Origin: an uncultured Gemmatimonadales bacterium
Lineage (GTDB): Bacteria > Gemmatimonadota > Gemmatimonadetes > Gemmatimonadales > GWC2-71-9
DNA: 64,000 nt
Assembly: GCA_963795085.1 (NCBI GenBank)
Contig: CAWCFX010000006.1
Location: 672,001 to 736,000, forward strand
Direction: 5' to 3'
Below the pieces are notes generated by a model, which was given only the letters and a program-made list of their open reading frames with translations, was not told where the DNA came from and did not search any database. The position numbers were made by a program, and so were the translations under genes. This document shows, piece by piece, positions 49,274-61,001 of this stretch; position 1 is the first letter of the stretch, and each line of letters starts with the position of its first letter.

Positions 49274-50302
49274 TTACTCCTCTTGCCCAAAAATCGCCAA
49301 ATTCGAACTATGCCCCGGGTTCACTTTCATCTTCGGGTTGATATAGTGCACCGCGTTGTTCACGGCGATGCAGACCTCCCCCACGCCGGTGGCGATCAGC
49401 TTCAGTTTCCCCTCGTAGGCCGCGATATCGCCGGCGGCATAGATGCCGGGGACGTTGGTCTCCATGACCCGGTTGACCTTGATATCGGCTTTCTCGGTGT
49501 CGAGGCCCCATTCCTTGAGCGCGCCCAGGTCGGAGTGAAATCCGAGCAGGGGGATGACGGCGTCCACGTCCATGGTCACCGTCTCCTTGGTCTTGCTGTT
49601 CATGATGGTGACCCGCTCGACCCGGCCGTTGCCCTCGATGCCCTTGACCTCGGCGAAGGTGCGCAGCTCGCAGAGGCCGTCCCGGCAGAGCTGTTCCACC
49701 TGTTTGATGGTGGCCGCGTGGGCCCGGAAGCCGTCGCGCCGGTGAATGAGCATCACCGACCGGGCGATCCCCTGCAGGTTGACCGCCCAGTCGAAGGCCG
49801 AGTCCCCGCCGCCCACCAGCAGCACCCGCTGGCCGGCGAACAGCCTGGGGTCGATCACCTTGTGGTAGAGTCCCTTCTCCTCGAAGTGCTCCACGTTCTC
49901 CAGCGGCAGCTTGCGGGCTTCGAAGGCCCCGATGCCGGCGGCGATGATGATGGTGCGGGACGGATAGACGCCGCCCGTCGTCTCGATGAGGAAGTGGCCG
50001 ACTCCGTCGTCGTCCACCCGGGTCAGCCCGGTCACCACCTCGCCCAGGTGGGTGCTGGCGCCGAACTGCAGCCCCTGCTCCACCATCGCGGTCACCAGGT
50101 CCTTGGCCAGTACCTTGGGAAACCCGGCCACGTCGAAGATGTATTTCTCGGGGTATAGCGCCATGAGCTGCCCGCCCAGCGAGGGCAGGGCATCGATCAG
50201 GCGGCAGGACGCCCCCCGCATCCCGGCGTAGAACGCGCCGAACAGCCCGGTAGGGCCGGCGCCGATGATGGATATGTCCTTGAGATCGTCCTGGTGCGCC
50301 AC
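49274..50302 (-). CDS. Ferredoxin-NADP+ reductase, thioredoxin-reductase-like (YumC type)
   Basis: IIGAGPTG, GGQL..LYPEKYIFDVAGFP, GGGDSA.DW, HRRD.FRA, KLIATG, GHSS; no CxxC. Confidence 0.92.
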   Translation of the reverse strand: MAHQDDLKDISIIGAGPTGLFGAFYAGMRGASCRLIDALPSLGGQLMALYPEKYIFDVAGFPKVLAKDLVTAMVEQGLQFGASTHLGEVVTGLTRVDDDGVGHFLIETTGGVYPSRTIIIAAGIGAFEARKLPLENVEHFEEKGLYHKVIDPRLFAGQRVLLVGGGDSAFDWAVNLQGIARSVMLIHRRDGFRAHAATIKQVEQLCRDGLCELRTFAEVKGIEGNGRVERVTIMNSKTKETVTMDVDAVIPLLGFHSDLGALKEWGLDTEKADIKVNRVMETNVPGIYAAGDIAAYEGKLKLIATGVGEVCIAVNNAVHYINPKMKVNPGHSSNLAIFGQEE

Positions 50303-50433
50303 GGTTCGGTTCCATTTCCTGGGGATGCCGGAAATATAATTCCCCGCCGCGGTCAGCGCGGGGCCCGGAACAAGGTAGCCGGAACGGAGTAACCGGTGCT
50401 AAGATTGCCGGACACCTCCACGCCCCGGGCCCA

Positions 50434-51534
50434 ATGACCAGACGCTCCATCGCCGCCGCCTGCCTGGCCGCCATCGCGCTCGAAGGGTGCGGCGCCGTCC
50501 GCTACTTCACCGCGGGCGACGCTTCCCCGCCCCATTCCCTGCAGCGCTTCGGCGCGGCCAGCGATGTGCGCCTCGATTCCGCCGGCGGGTTCCGGGGCAG
50601 TTTCGTCGGCGAGGGGACCTCGCGCGCGGTCCACCTCGTTTCCACCGATACGGGGTTCATCGCGGGGCTCATCTACCGGCACCGGCCCGAGGCCGTCCAG
50701 GGCAGCGACCTCTGGGGTTCGCTCGCCCGGCTGGGCAGCATCTCCATCGACGTGGGCCAGGTGGGGGCGCCGGGCGCGCGCTATCTCCCCCGCGTCGCCT
50801 CGCCGGATGGCCACACCGACGTCCAGGTTTCCGCCCTCATCGTCCGCGGGGGCACCTGCGGCTGGCGGGGCGCGCAGGCGGAGCTGATCGTCCACGCGCC
50901 TCCGGCCGGCGGGTCCGTCCCGGAGCTCCGGGGCCCGGTGGTCGGGTCGTTCCGGCTCGCCTCCGAGATCTCCGGGCGGCAGGTTCGCACGCCGCCGCCC
51001 CCACCCGGCCCCGCGCTGCAGGCGGAACTCATCGAGCGGACGGCGCAGGCCATGGATTCGATGATCAACCGCCGGCTCAGCACCTCGCAGCGCTATCTCC
51101 GCCCGGTCGAAGCCAGCCTGGTCCCCGTCAATACCCTCCAGGACGTGGACGCCGCCGATATCCTGGCCATCCACGCGCTGAACGGCGGGGTCCGCTACGC
51201 CGTCTCCCTCCGCCGGCGCCGGATGGTGGACGCGGGCGATACGGTGGTCGTCGCCGGCGTGATGGTGTGGGACAGCGCGGGCGCCTGGCAGCAGACCGTC
51301 ATGGAGCCCACCCTGCTCGACTATCGCAAGGGGCGGCTGGCTCCCCGCGGCGGAAACTGGTCGCCCATCTGGTGGCGCCGGCTCCAGGCCATCAGCGGAT
51401 TCGAGTACCGGCGCGACTACATCTGGATGGAGCAGGTCGAGGTGAAGGACGGCAGCGTCCTCTGGGGCGTCGTGGACCCGGCCGGCAACGTGGTGGTCGC
51501 CGCCGCGGAAATGCAGGGACCCTGCTCTCAATGA
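50434..51534 (+). CDS. Hypothetical exported/lipoprotein
   Basis: Signal peptide ending ALEGC; stop overlaps the next ATG. Confidence 0.7.
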   Translation: MTRRSIAAACLAAIALEGCGAVRYFTAGDASPPHSLQRFGAASDVRLDSAGGFRGSFVGEGTSRAVHLVSTDTGFIAGLIYRHRPEAVQGSDLWGSLARLGSISIDVGQVGAPGARYLPRVASPDGHTDVQVSALIVRGGTCGWRGAQAELIVHAPPAGGSVPELRGPVVGSFRLASEISGRQVRTPPPPPGPALQAELIERTAQAMDSMINRRLSTSQRYLRPVEASLVPVNTLQDVDAADILAIHALNGGVRYAVSLRRRRMVDAGDTVVVAGVMVWDSAGAWQQTVMEPTLLDYRKGRLAPRGGNWSPIWWRRLQAISGFEYRRDYIWMEQVEVKDGSVLWGVVDPAGNVVVAAAEMQGPCSQ

Positions 51535-52076
51535 AGATCTATACCAGGACGGGGGACCAGGGTGAGACCGGCCTCTTCGGCGGCGGGCGGGTGAAGAAGC
51601 ATCACCCCAGGGTCGCCGCCTACGGCGATATTGACGAGCTGAATTCGGCGATCGGGGTGGCCCGGGCCGCCCCGCCGGAAGACCTCTTCGATCCGCTGCT
51701 CATGTCCATTCAGCGGGACCTCTTCTCCATCGGCGGGCACCTGGCTACCCCGGACCCGGAAAAGGTCCGGAAAGCGCTCGAAAAGGCCGACCTCGACGCC
51801 AGTCGGGTCGCCGCCTTCGAGACGGCCATCGACGAGGCCGACCGGGAGCTCGCCCCGCTCAAGGCGTTCGTCCTGCCGGCAGGCACCGGCAAGGCCGCCG
51901 CACTGCACCTCGCCCGCACCGTCTGCCGCCGGGCCGAGCGCTCCCTGGTGGCGCTGGCCGAGGCGGCGCCCGTCCCGGAGCTGTTCATCGTGTATATCAA
52001 CCGGCTCTCCGACCTGCTCTTTACCCTGGCGCGCGTGGCCAATCACCGGGCCGGCCCGGGGGACGTCACCTGGTAG
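51531..52076 (+). CDS. Cob(I)alamin adenosyltransferase, PduO type
   Basis: MKIYTRTGDQGET, AYGDIDELNS, ARTVCRRAER, YINRLSD. Confidence 0.95.
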   Translation: MKIYTRTGDQGETGLFGGGRVKKHHPRVAAYGDIDELNSAIGVARAAPPEDLFDPLLMSIQRDLFSIGGHLATPDPEKVRKALEKADLDASRVAAFETAIDEADRELAPLKAFVLPAGTGKAAALHLARTVCRRAERSLVALAEAAPVPELFIVYINRLSDLLFTLARVANHRAGPGDVTW

Positions 52077-53218
52077 CCATCACCGTCAGGCACGCGCTGG
52101 GATCCTACCCGGTCCATGTCGAGACCGGGCTGATGGTCGAGTTGCGCAAACTCCTGGAGGACGCGCTCCCCCGCCGCCCGCTGGTGATGATCGCCGATGA
52201 CAAGGTGAACCGGCTCTACGACGAGTGGACCAGCGGCACCGCGGAAGCGCGGCGGCTGGGCGCCCGCGCCAGCGACGCCGGCATGCGCCCGCGGTTCCAG
52301 GGCCGGCTCGCCTTTCCGCAGGGGGAGATGTCCAAGACCCGGGCCACCTGGCAGCACCTCACCGACCAACTGCTCCTGTCCGGCATCGGCCGGGAAACCG
52401 TGATCGTCGCCGTGGGCGGGGGGGTCACCGGCGATATCGCCGGTTTCGTGGCCGCGACCTATCTCCGCGGCCTGGACTATGTCCAGGTGCCCACCACCCT
52501 GCTCGCGATGGTGGATTCATCGGTGGGCGGCAAGGTGGGCGTGGACACCGAGTACGGAAAGAACCAGGTCGGTGCATTTCATCCACCCGCCATGGTGGTG
52601 GCCGACCCGCTGACCCTGCTGAGCCTGCCCGACCGGGAGTATCGCTCCGGGCTGGCCGAGGCGGTCAAGCATGGGCTGATCGCCGACCGGGAGTACTTCG
52701 AATGGATTGCCGGACATGGTCGAGAGCTGCGGGCCCGGCAGCCGGCGGCGCTGACCGAACTCATCCGGCGCAGCGTCGAGATCAAGGCCGCCGTGGTAAG
52801 CCAGGACGAACGCGATCACGGCCGCCGGGCGATCCTGAATGCTGGGCACACGGTGGCGCATGCGCTCGAGGCGGCGTCGGGCTACCAGCTGGCCCATGGC
52901 GAATGCGTGGCGGCGGGACTGGTGGTGGAGACCCGGCTCGCGGAACACCTGGGGCTCGCGGCGGCCGGCACCGGCGACACCCTCGCGGGGGTCCTGGCCC
53001 GCTACGGCCTCCCTACCGGCCTTCCCGAGTCCGTTGAGCCCATCCGGGTGCTGGAGGCGATGGCCGGCGACAAGAAGAACCGGGCCGGCGCCCTCCATTT
53101 TGCCTTCCCGGCGGCGATCGGCCGGATGGCTGGCCGGGACGGCGCCTGGACCACGGCCGTCGCCCCGGAATTGATCCTCAAAGAATTGTCACGGCGAACC
53201 GCCCACATTTCCACTTGA
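52070..53218 (+). CDS. aroB: 3-dehydroquinate synthase
   Basis: GGGVTGDIAGF, VPTTLLAMVDSSVGGK, LNAGHT, HGE, DKK. In-frame SYPVHV upstream of ATG 52133 suggests an earlier (CTG) start. Confidence 0.93.
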   Translation: MVAITVRHALGSYPVHVETGLMVELRKLLEDALPRRPLVMIADDKVNRLYDEWTSGTAEARRLGARASDAGMRPRFQGRLAFPQGEMSKTRATWQHLTDQLLLSGIGRETVIVAVGGGVTGDIAGFVAATYLRGLDYVQVPTTLLAMVDSSVGGKVGVDTEYGKNQVGAFHPPAMVVADPLTLLSLPDREYRSGLAEAVKHGLIADREYFEWIAGHGRELRARQPAALTELIRRSVEIKAAVVSQDERDHGRRAILNAGHTVAHALEAASGYQLAHGECVAAGLVVETRLAEHLGLAAAGTGDTLAGVLARYGLPTGLPESVEPIRVLEAMAGDKKNRAGALHFAFPAAIGRMAGRDGAWTTAVAPELILKELSRRTAHIST

Positions 53219-53374
53219 ACCTTCCCCGGTCCGTCAACATTGCAGTAAGCCGTTCAAGCATAACGATTTACCGCAGTCTGTGTGGAAGAGATCGAAAATC
53301 TCACCCCCCTTTAGTGGAGAAATCGCAGAACCTTCTACAAGCCAACATTTTGTGATGTGGACAACCTGGATTTC

Positions 53375-53403
53375 TTGACCGCCCCTTCATTAATTCCTAT
53401 ATT
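53375..53403 (+). promoter_or_regulatory. Sigma70 promoter of the sigma factor gene
   Basis: TTGACC-17 nt-TATATT. Confidence 0.7.
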
Positions 53404-53484
53404 CAATCGCCGTTACAGACCTCTGTTTCCCGTACAAAACTCAGTTCCTCACCGCAGCCGCGACTAACACAACTCGGGGATGGT

Positions 53485-54381
53485 ATGGCTACTGTCAGCT
53501 CAGGCAAGGCAAAGCCCTTGGCGCGTCATGCGCCGACCTCGGCGTTCGACCAGTACCTGCTCGACATCCAGCGGCTGCCCATGATCACCGATCCCGCCGA
53601 GGAGCGCCGCCTGGCCCGGCTGGCCCAGGGGGGCGACCCGGTGGCGGCTGAGCGCCTGGTGACGGCCAACCTCCGGTTCGTGATCTCCTATGTAAAGAAA
53701 TACCAGGGCCACGGACTCGACCTGGGCGAGCTGGTCGCCATCGGCAACGAAGGGCTGCTCAAGGCGGTCCGGAAGTTCGATCCCGAACACGGCGTCAAGT
53801 TCATCTCCTATGCGGTCTGGTGGGTGCGGCAGGCCGTCCTCAAGGCCCTCGCCGAACAGACCCGCAGCGTCCGCATTCCGCTCAACCAGAACTCTACCCT
53901 CATCAAGCTCTCCCGCACCGAGACCTTTCTCACCCAGGTCCTGGGCCGGCCGCCCACCGACCAGGAAGTGGCAACGGCCCTCTCGGACACCGTCGAGAAC
54001 GTGCGGGAAGCGCGGCGGATGGCCTCGACCGAGCTCTCCCTCGACGCCCCCCTGGAACGGGGCGACAAGGCCACCGGCGCCACCATGGGAGAGCGGGTGG
54101 CCGACGTGCAGAGCGGCGACATCGAGGAGCAGACCGATGCCCACCTCATGCGCGAGTTCATTGACCGGATCTTCCAGCGCTACCTCACCCCGCGGGAACG
54201 AAAGATCCTCTATCTCTACTATGGCATGGACGAAGGCGCCGAAGCGCTCACCCTGGAACGGATCGGCGAACTGCTGGGCGTCACCCGGGAACGAATCCGC
54301 CAGATCCGGGAACGGGCGTTCGAGAAGCTGCGGGGCTCGCCCGACGTCAAAGGGCTGAAAGGGTTCTGGGGCGCGGCCTGA
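53485..54381 (+). CDS. RNA polymerase sigma70-family factor (RpoD/RpoS-like, no region 1.1)
   Basis: YLLDI, ANLRFV, GNEGLLKA, KFISYAVWW, SLDAP, TLE.IG...VTRERIRQI. Confidence 0.93.
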   Translation: MATVSSGKAKPLARHAPTSAFDQYLLDIQRLPMITDPAEERRLARLAQGGDPVAAERLVTANLRFVISYVKKYQGHGLDLGELVAIGNEGLLKAVRKFDPEHGVKFISYAVWWVRQAVLKALAEQTRSVRIPLNQNSTLIKLSRTETFLTQVLGRPPTDQEVATALSDTVENVREARRMASTELSLDAPLERGDKATGATMGERVADVQSGDIEEQTDAHLMREFIDRIFQRYLTPRERKILYLYYGMDEGAEALTLERIGELLGVTRERIRQIRERAFEKLRGSPDVKGLKGFWGAA

Positions 54382-54406
54382 GCCGTTCGCGTCCCCACGG
54401 TATGTC

Positions 54407-54435
54407 GCCCCCCGGTGTTCCGGGGGGCTTTTGTT
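54407..54435 (+). terminator. Intrinsic terminator
   Basis: GCCCCCCGG-TGTT-CCGGGGGGC-TTTTGTT. Confidence 0.85.
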
Positions 54436-54446
54436 ATCTTCTCCAT

Positions 54447-55910
54447 ATGAAGTCCGCACAACTCCCTCCGGGCATGCCCGCCGGCCTCGCCGGCGAGCTG
54501 GCCGATCTGGTCGGCGCCCGCTGGGTCAAGCATCGCCCGGCGGAACTCGCCACCTACCGGTCTGACGGCCTGCCCACCCACGAGTCCACGCCCGGCCTGG
54601 TGGTGCTGCCGGGAACCCGGGAGCAGGTCATCGCGGTGGTCCGGCTGCTGCACCGGCGCGGGGTGCCCTTCGTGGCCCGCGGCGCCGGCACCGGGCTCAG
54701 CGGCGGCGCGCTGGCCGACGCCGGCGCGGTCATCGTGACGCTCACCCGGCTCAACCATATCCTCTCGGTGGATGCGGCCCGCCGGCGCGCCACCGTGGAG
54801 CCCGGCGTGGTCAACGCCCGGCTCAGCGAAGCGGTGCTGGTCCATGGCCTCCAGTACGCCCCCGATCCTTCCAGCCAGAGCGCCTGTACATTGGGCGGCA
54901 ACGTCGCCGAAAACGCCGGGGGGCCCCACTGCCTCAAGTACGGCGTGACCACCAACCACGTGATGATGGTCGAAGTCCTGCTGCCCAATGGGTCGCTGGT
55001 CACCCTCGGGTCCCCCCAGGGCGAGGCCTGGGGGCCCGACCTGGTCGGGCTCTTCGTCGGCAGCGAGGGAATGTTCGGAATCGCGCTGGCGATCACCGTG
55101 CGGCTGGTACCGCTGCCCCAGAACATCCACACCCTGCTCGCCGATTTCCCCGCCGTGCGCTCGGCCAGCCAGGCGGTCTCGGCGATCATCGCGGCGGGGA
55201 TCGTGCCTGCCGCGCTGGAAATGATGGACCAGAGTTGCGTCGAGGCGGTCGAGGCGTCGATCTACGCCGCGGGATACCCGGTGGACGCGGCGGCGGTCCT
55301 GCTGGTAGAGCTGGATGGGAGCGACCTTTCGGTGGAAGCCGAATCCGCCGCGGTCCGGGAGCTGCTCGTCCTCCACGGCGCCCGAACGGTGCAGCTGGCG
55401 GCGACCCCGGCCGAGCGGGCCCGCCTCTGGCAGGGTCGCAAGAAGGCCTTCGGCGCCATGGGCCGGCTGGCCCCCGACCTGGCGGTCCAGGACGCGGTGG
55501 TACCCCGGTCCGCCCTGCCCGATATCCTCGACCGGATCGGGGAGATCCGGGACCGCCACGGCCTGGTCATCAGCAACGTCTTTCATGCCGGCGATGGCAA
55601 CCTCCACCCCAACATCAGCTACGACCGGCGGGATCCGCTGGTCGCCGCCCGGGTCCGGGACGCCAACCGCGAGATCATGGAAGCCTGTATCGCCGCGGGC
55701 GGCTCCATCACCGGCGAGCACGGCGTCGGCTCCGACAAGATCGACTACATGGCCCGGATGTTCGATCCGTCCACCCTGGCGGCCATGTGCGACCTGCGGC
55801 GAGTGTTCGACCCCGATGAGCGCGCCAATCCCGGCAAGGTCATTCCCATGCGCAGTTGCCGGGAATGGCGGGCCGCGGGGCGGCGGGTCCAGGAAGGAAC
55901 CCCGGCATGA
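54447..55910 (+). CDS. glcD: Glycolate oxidase subunit GlcD (FAD-linked oxidase)
   Basis: RGAGTGLSGG, PDPSSQ.ACT.GGNVAENAGG.HCLKYG, HAGDGNLHP, GEHGVG. Confidence 0.9.
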   Translation: MKSAQLPPGMPAGLAGELADLVGARWVKHRPAELATYRSDGLPTHESTPGLVVLPGTREQVIAVVRLLHRRGVPFVARGAGTGLSGGALADAGAVIVTLTRLNHILSVDAARRRATVEPGVVNARLSEAVLVHGLQYAPDPSSQSACTLGGNVAENAGGPHCLKYGVTTNHVMMVEVLLPNGSLVTLGSPQGEAWGPDLVGLFVGSEGMFGIALAITVRLVPLPQNIHTLLADFPAVRSASQAVSAIIAAGIVPAALEMMDQSCVEAVEASIYAAGYPVDAAAVLLVELDGSDLSVEAESAAVRELLVLHGARTVQLAATPAERARLWQGRKKAFGAMGRLAPDLAVQDAVVPRSALPDILDRIGEIRDRHGLVISNVFHAGDGNLHPNISYDRRDPLVAARVRDANREIMEACIAAGGSITGEHGVGSDKIDYMARMFDPSTLAAMCDLRRVFDPDERANPGKVIPMRSCREWRAAGRRVQEGTPA

Positions 55911-57117
55911 GCGATCCGGTCCTGATGCGGCTGCGCCAGCTCCTGGGTGATGCGGGGGTCGAACGCGACGCGGCGGGCATTCCCCGCGCGGCGCCGGAAA
56001 CCACTGAAGAAGTGGCGGCCGTCTGCCAGCTGGCCCACGGTGAAGGCTGGCGGATCCGGATCGAAGGCCGGGGAACCTGGCTGCTGCCGGACGCCCCGGC
56101 CGACCTGGTGCTCACCCTCCGCGCCATGGACCGGATGGGCGAGGTGAGCCCGTCCGACCTGGTGGCCACCGCGCCGGCCGGGGTCACCATCGAAACGATT
56201 CGCCGTCACCTCGCGGAGGAGGGCATGTGGCTCGCCATGGATCCGCCGGGGCGGCCCGACCGGACCCTCGGTTCCATCGCCGCCACCGCCACGGCCGGGC
56301 CGCTTCGCCTCGCCATGGGTCCGGTCCGGGACCAGGTCCTCGGCGCCACCTTCGTCACCGGCGATGGCCGCATCGTGCAGGCGGGCGGACGGGTGGTGAA
56401 GAACGTCGCGGGTTACGACCTGACCAAGCTACATATTGGCGGGTTCGGCGGCTTCGGAATCCTGACCGAACTGCACCTGCGCCTCCGCAGCCTGCCCCGG
56501 GCCGATACGACCCTCGTCGCGCGGGGCAGCCGCGACTCGCTCCTCGCCCTCTCCCGCGCCATCCTGGAGATTCCGCTGGCACCGTCGGCGCTGGAGCTGC
56601 TCTCGCCCGCCCTCGCGGCCGACCCCGACTGGGTCCTCGCGGTGCGCTTCCTGGGACCGGACCCGTCGGTGCAGGGCGACATGCGGATGCTGCCCCGCAG
56701 CACCGGCGCCACCGCCTGGGAACCGCTGCCCCCCGACCGCTCCAGCGCGTTCTGGACTCTCGTGGCGCGGGCCGCCTGCAGCGGCCTGATGACCATCCGG
56801 ATGGGTGCCTTGCCGGTGGGTCTGGACGATACCCTGGACCTGGTGGCCCACGACCTCGACGAAGGCCTGCTCTCCGCGGGAGCCGGCGACGGGATGATCC
56901 GGTGGACCGGCGAAACCACGCCGGAACGCATTCGCAGGCTGCGCGGAGCCGCCGCCGCACGGGAAATCCCCCTCACCCTGGAGCGGGCCCCCTGGCCCAT
57001 CCGCCACGCGGTCGGCCACTTCGGCGCGTACCGGGAAGGCGTCGGCATGCTGGTGGACCGGCTGCGGCAGACCTACGATCCCGGGTCGCGCATCAGTGTG
57101 GCGTTGGAGGCCCCCGA

Positions 57118-57121
<4 letters not shown>
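55907..57121 (+). CDS. glcE: Glycolate oxidase FAD-binding subunit GlcE
   Basis: GGRVVKNVAGYDL; position between glcD and glcF. Confidence 0.88.
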
Positions 57122-58421
<1,300 letters not shown>

Positions 58422-58425
<4 letters not shown>

Positions 58426-59414
58426 CCGAGCTGGACCTGACGCTGGATGAAACCCGCCTCAACCTGGTGACCCGGGGAGCCGTCGCAGTCACGGCTCCCC
58501 TGGCCGTGTTCGAAGTGCGCGGCGCCGGCAGCCTGGATTGCCTCCAGGGCCTGCTGACCAACGACCTCGTCAAGCCGGGGCCCGGCAGTATGATCTACGC
58601 CGCCCTGCTGACGCCCAAGGGCATGCTGATCGCCGACCTCTGGGTGCTCCGGCGGCACGATGCCATCACCCTGGTGATGCCGCTCCAGGGACGAGAGGCG
58701 GCGCTGGAGACCTTTCGCAAGAGCCTGCCTCCCCGGCTGGCCCAGCTGACCGACCGGACGGAGGAGGTCGGCGTATCGATGGTCTTCGGCGACCAGGCCT
58801 TCGAGATCGTTCGCAGCCTGCCGCTGCCCATGCCCGACATGCCGGGCCGCATCCTCGAAACCCCGGGCGATGACTTTACGCTGACCGTGGCCCGGCCCCC
58901 GCAGCCAGCCTACTTCCAGGCCATGCTGATCGGGCCCCCGGCCTCGCTGGCGCGCGCGGGCGAGTTGCTGGAGGCGGCCGGAGCCGTCACCGGCACCGCC
59001 GATGACCTGCATGCCTCCCGGATCATCGCGGGATGGCCTGCGCTGGGCCTGGAGATTGACGGGCGGACGCTGCCCCAGGAAGTACGCTTCGACGACCTGG
59101 GCGGGCTCTCCTATACCAAGGGCTGCTACATGGGGCAGGAGACAGTCGCGCGGCTGCACTTCCGCGGCCACCCCAACCGGGAGTTGCGGGGCCTGGTCTG
59201 GGCCGATCCGCTGCCGCTGGCCGGGCGCACCGTCCTGGCCCATGAAAAGGAGGTCGGCAGTGTGCGCTCGACGCTCGCCCTCCCCGGGCGCCGCCTGGGC
59301 CTGGCCATCCTTCGCCGCGAAATCAAGGTGGGTGAAACCGTCCAGGCGGGAGGCCATCCGGCCACCGTCGCCGGACTTCCCTTCCCCATGCTGATCGAAG
59401 ACGCCGTGGGTTGA
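58422..59414 (+). CDS. YgfZ/GcvT-family folate-binding protein
   Basis: LQGLLTND, LTPKG, KGCYMGQETVAR signature. Confidence 0.92.
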
Positions 59415-60406
59415 TGATCTTCCTCACCGGGGGCACCGGTCTCCTCGGCCTCCACATCCTGGATGAATTGCGAGAGCGGAGCCTGCCGGTCACCGCGCTG
59501 GTGCGCGACGAAGCCGGCGCCCGGGCGGTGCAGGTCCGCGGCGCCACGCCGGTCCTCGGCACCGTGGAAAGCGCGGATACCTGGAAGGCAATGCCGGAGT
59601 GCCAGGCCATCATCCATGGCGCCGCGATCATTGCGGGCGAGTTATCCTGGGAGCGCTTCGCGGCGGTCAACGTGCACGCCACCCGGCTGGCCGCCCGGCA
59701 GGCCCTCGAGCGCGGCGTTCCCCTCGTCCACATCTCCTCGGTAGCCGTGTATGGCCGTGGCTATGAGTCCGGCGCCCGGGTAGATGAAGCATTCCCATTC
59801 GCGCCGCTCCGGGAGCACGACTACTACGCCCGCTCCAAGCGAATGGCGGAAGCGGAGCTATGGGAAGCCGGCGGCCGGGGGCTCCGCGCGGTGGCGCTCC
59901 GGCCCTGCGTGGTGTACGGCGAGGGCGACCGGCTCTTTCTCCCCAAGGTGGTGGCCAACCTGGCGCGGAGCCCCCGGGTCCCGCTGATCGGTGGGGGCAC
60001 CCGGCCGCTGGCGCTGGTGCACGCCCGCAACGTCGCGCAGGGCGTGGTGAATGCCGTCCACACCCCGGCGGCCTGGGGCCGGGCCTACAACCTCACCAAC
60101 GATGACGAGATCACGGCGCGCGACTTCGTGGCGGCGGTCGGGCGCGGCCTGGGGCGCGACCTGCAGACCATCCGTCTGCCGGCGGCGCCCATGGTCGGGC
60201 TGGCGCGCCTGGCGGACGGGGTGCGCCGGATGCTGGGACCCTCCCGCTATCCGGGCTCCGCCCGCTCCGCGGTGCAGTTCTGGCGCGGCGGCAATGCCTA
60301 TACGTCAGAGCGGGCTCGGCAGGAGTTGAACTGGAAGCCGGCCGTGAAGCACCGGGCCGGCGTGGAGAACGCGACCAGGGCGCTCGCAACGGGAAGTGGG
60401 CGGTGA
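59414..60406 (+). CDS. NAD-dependent epimerase/dehydratase (extended SDR)
   Basis: TGGTGLLG, HISS, YARSK, RP..VYG. Confidence 0.9.
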   Translation: MIFLTGGTGLLGLHILDELRERSLPVTALVRDEAGARAVQVRGATPVLGTVESADTWKAMPECQAIIHGAAIIAGELSWERFAAVNVHATRLAARQALERGVPLVHISSVAVYGRGYESGARVDEAFPFAPLREHDYYARSKRMAEAELWEAGGRGLRAVALRPCVVYGEGDRLFLPKVVANLARSPRVPLIGGGTRPLALVHARNVAQGVVNAVHTPAAWGRAYNLTNDDEITARDFVAAVGRGLGRDLQTIRLPAAPMVGLARLADGVRRMLGPSRYPGSARSAVQFWRGGNAYTSERARQELNWKPAVKHRAGVENATRALATGSGR

Positions 60407-60450
60407 GGCAGGAGGAGTGACCGAGAGAAGCTCCGCGGGCTGGTGACAGC

Positions 60451-60481
60451 AAAAAGGCCCCGACTCATGGTCAGGGCCTTT
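60451..60481 (-). terminator. Intrinsic terminator
   Basis: Minus strand AAAGGCCCTGAC-CATGA-GTCGGGGCCTTTTT, between convergent genes. Confidence 0.75.
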
Positions 60482-60505
60482 CGTGCGACATCCGGAACAC
60501 CAAGC

Positions 60506-60700
60506 TTACATCTGCTTCGTCGTATCCCGGGGCATCATGGTGTCGGTGCCCATCATGCCGCTGTCGTGCTGCATCATCATCGTGGTGTCCATCGGCGCCG
60601 GCGCCATCATGGCGGCCGAATCCGCGGCGGGGGTCTCTTCCGCCTTCTTTTCGCAAGCGACGAGCGTGACCAGCGCGGCCAGGGCCAGGAACTTCTTCAT
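60506..60700 (-). CDS. 64-aa Met-rich lipoprotein
   Basis: MKKFLALAALVTLVAC lipobox, GAGGAG RBS, own promoter and terminator. Confidence 0.8.
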   Translation of the reverse strand: MKKFLALAALVTLVACEKKAEETPAADSAAMMAPAPMDTTMMMQHDSGMMGTDTMMPRDTTKQM

Positions 60701-60767
60701 AAACTCTCCTCGGGATGGGATTGACGAGCGACCAAGCTGTCTCGGGTGACCGGACATCGCGGGGGTC

Positions 60768-60795
60768 AAAGTATTGATTCACCACGATTTGTCAA
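60768..60795 (-). promoter_or_regulatory. Putative sigma70 promoter
   Basis: Minus strand TTGACA-16 nt-TACTTT. Confidence 0.55.
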
Positions 60796-61001
60796 GCTCG
60801 ACCCTGGTCCAGCCCGACCCGTAAACCATGCCAACCCGGCAGGTTAGCGCCACCAGGGCGGGCTTCCGGACGGAACCCGGATTGTTACAAGTGGTATAAC
60901 CCATTGCCAGATGATGAGATATCGCGTTCCAAACCAGGACAGGTTAAACTGCAATCGGGCGGATGAACGCCTCCCTCTATTCTACCTGACAGGGGTACGA
61001 A

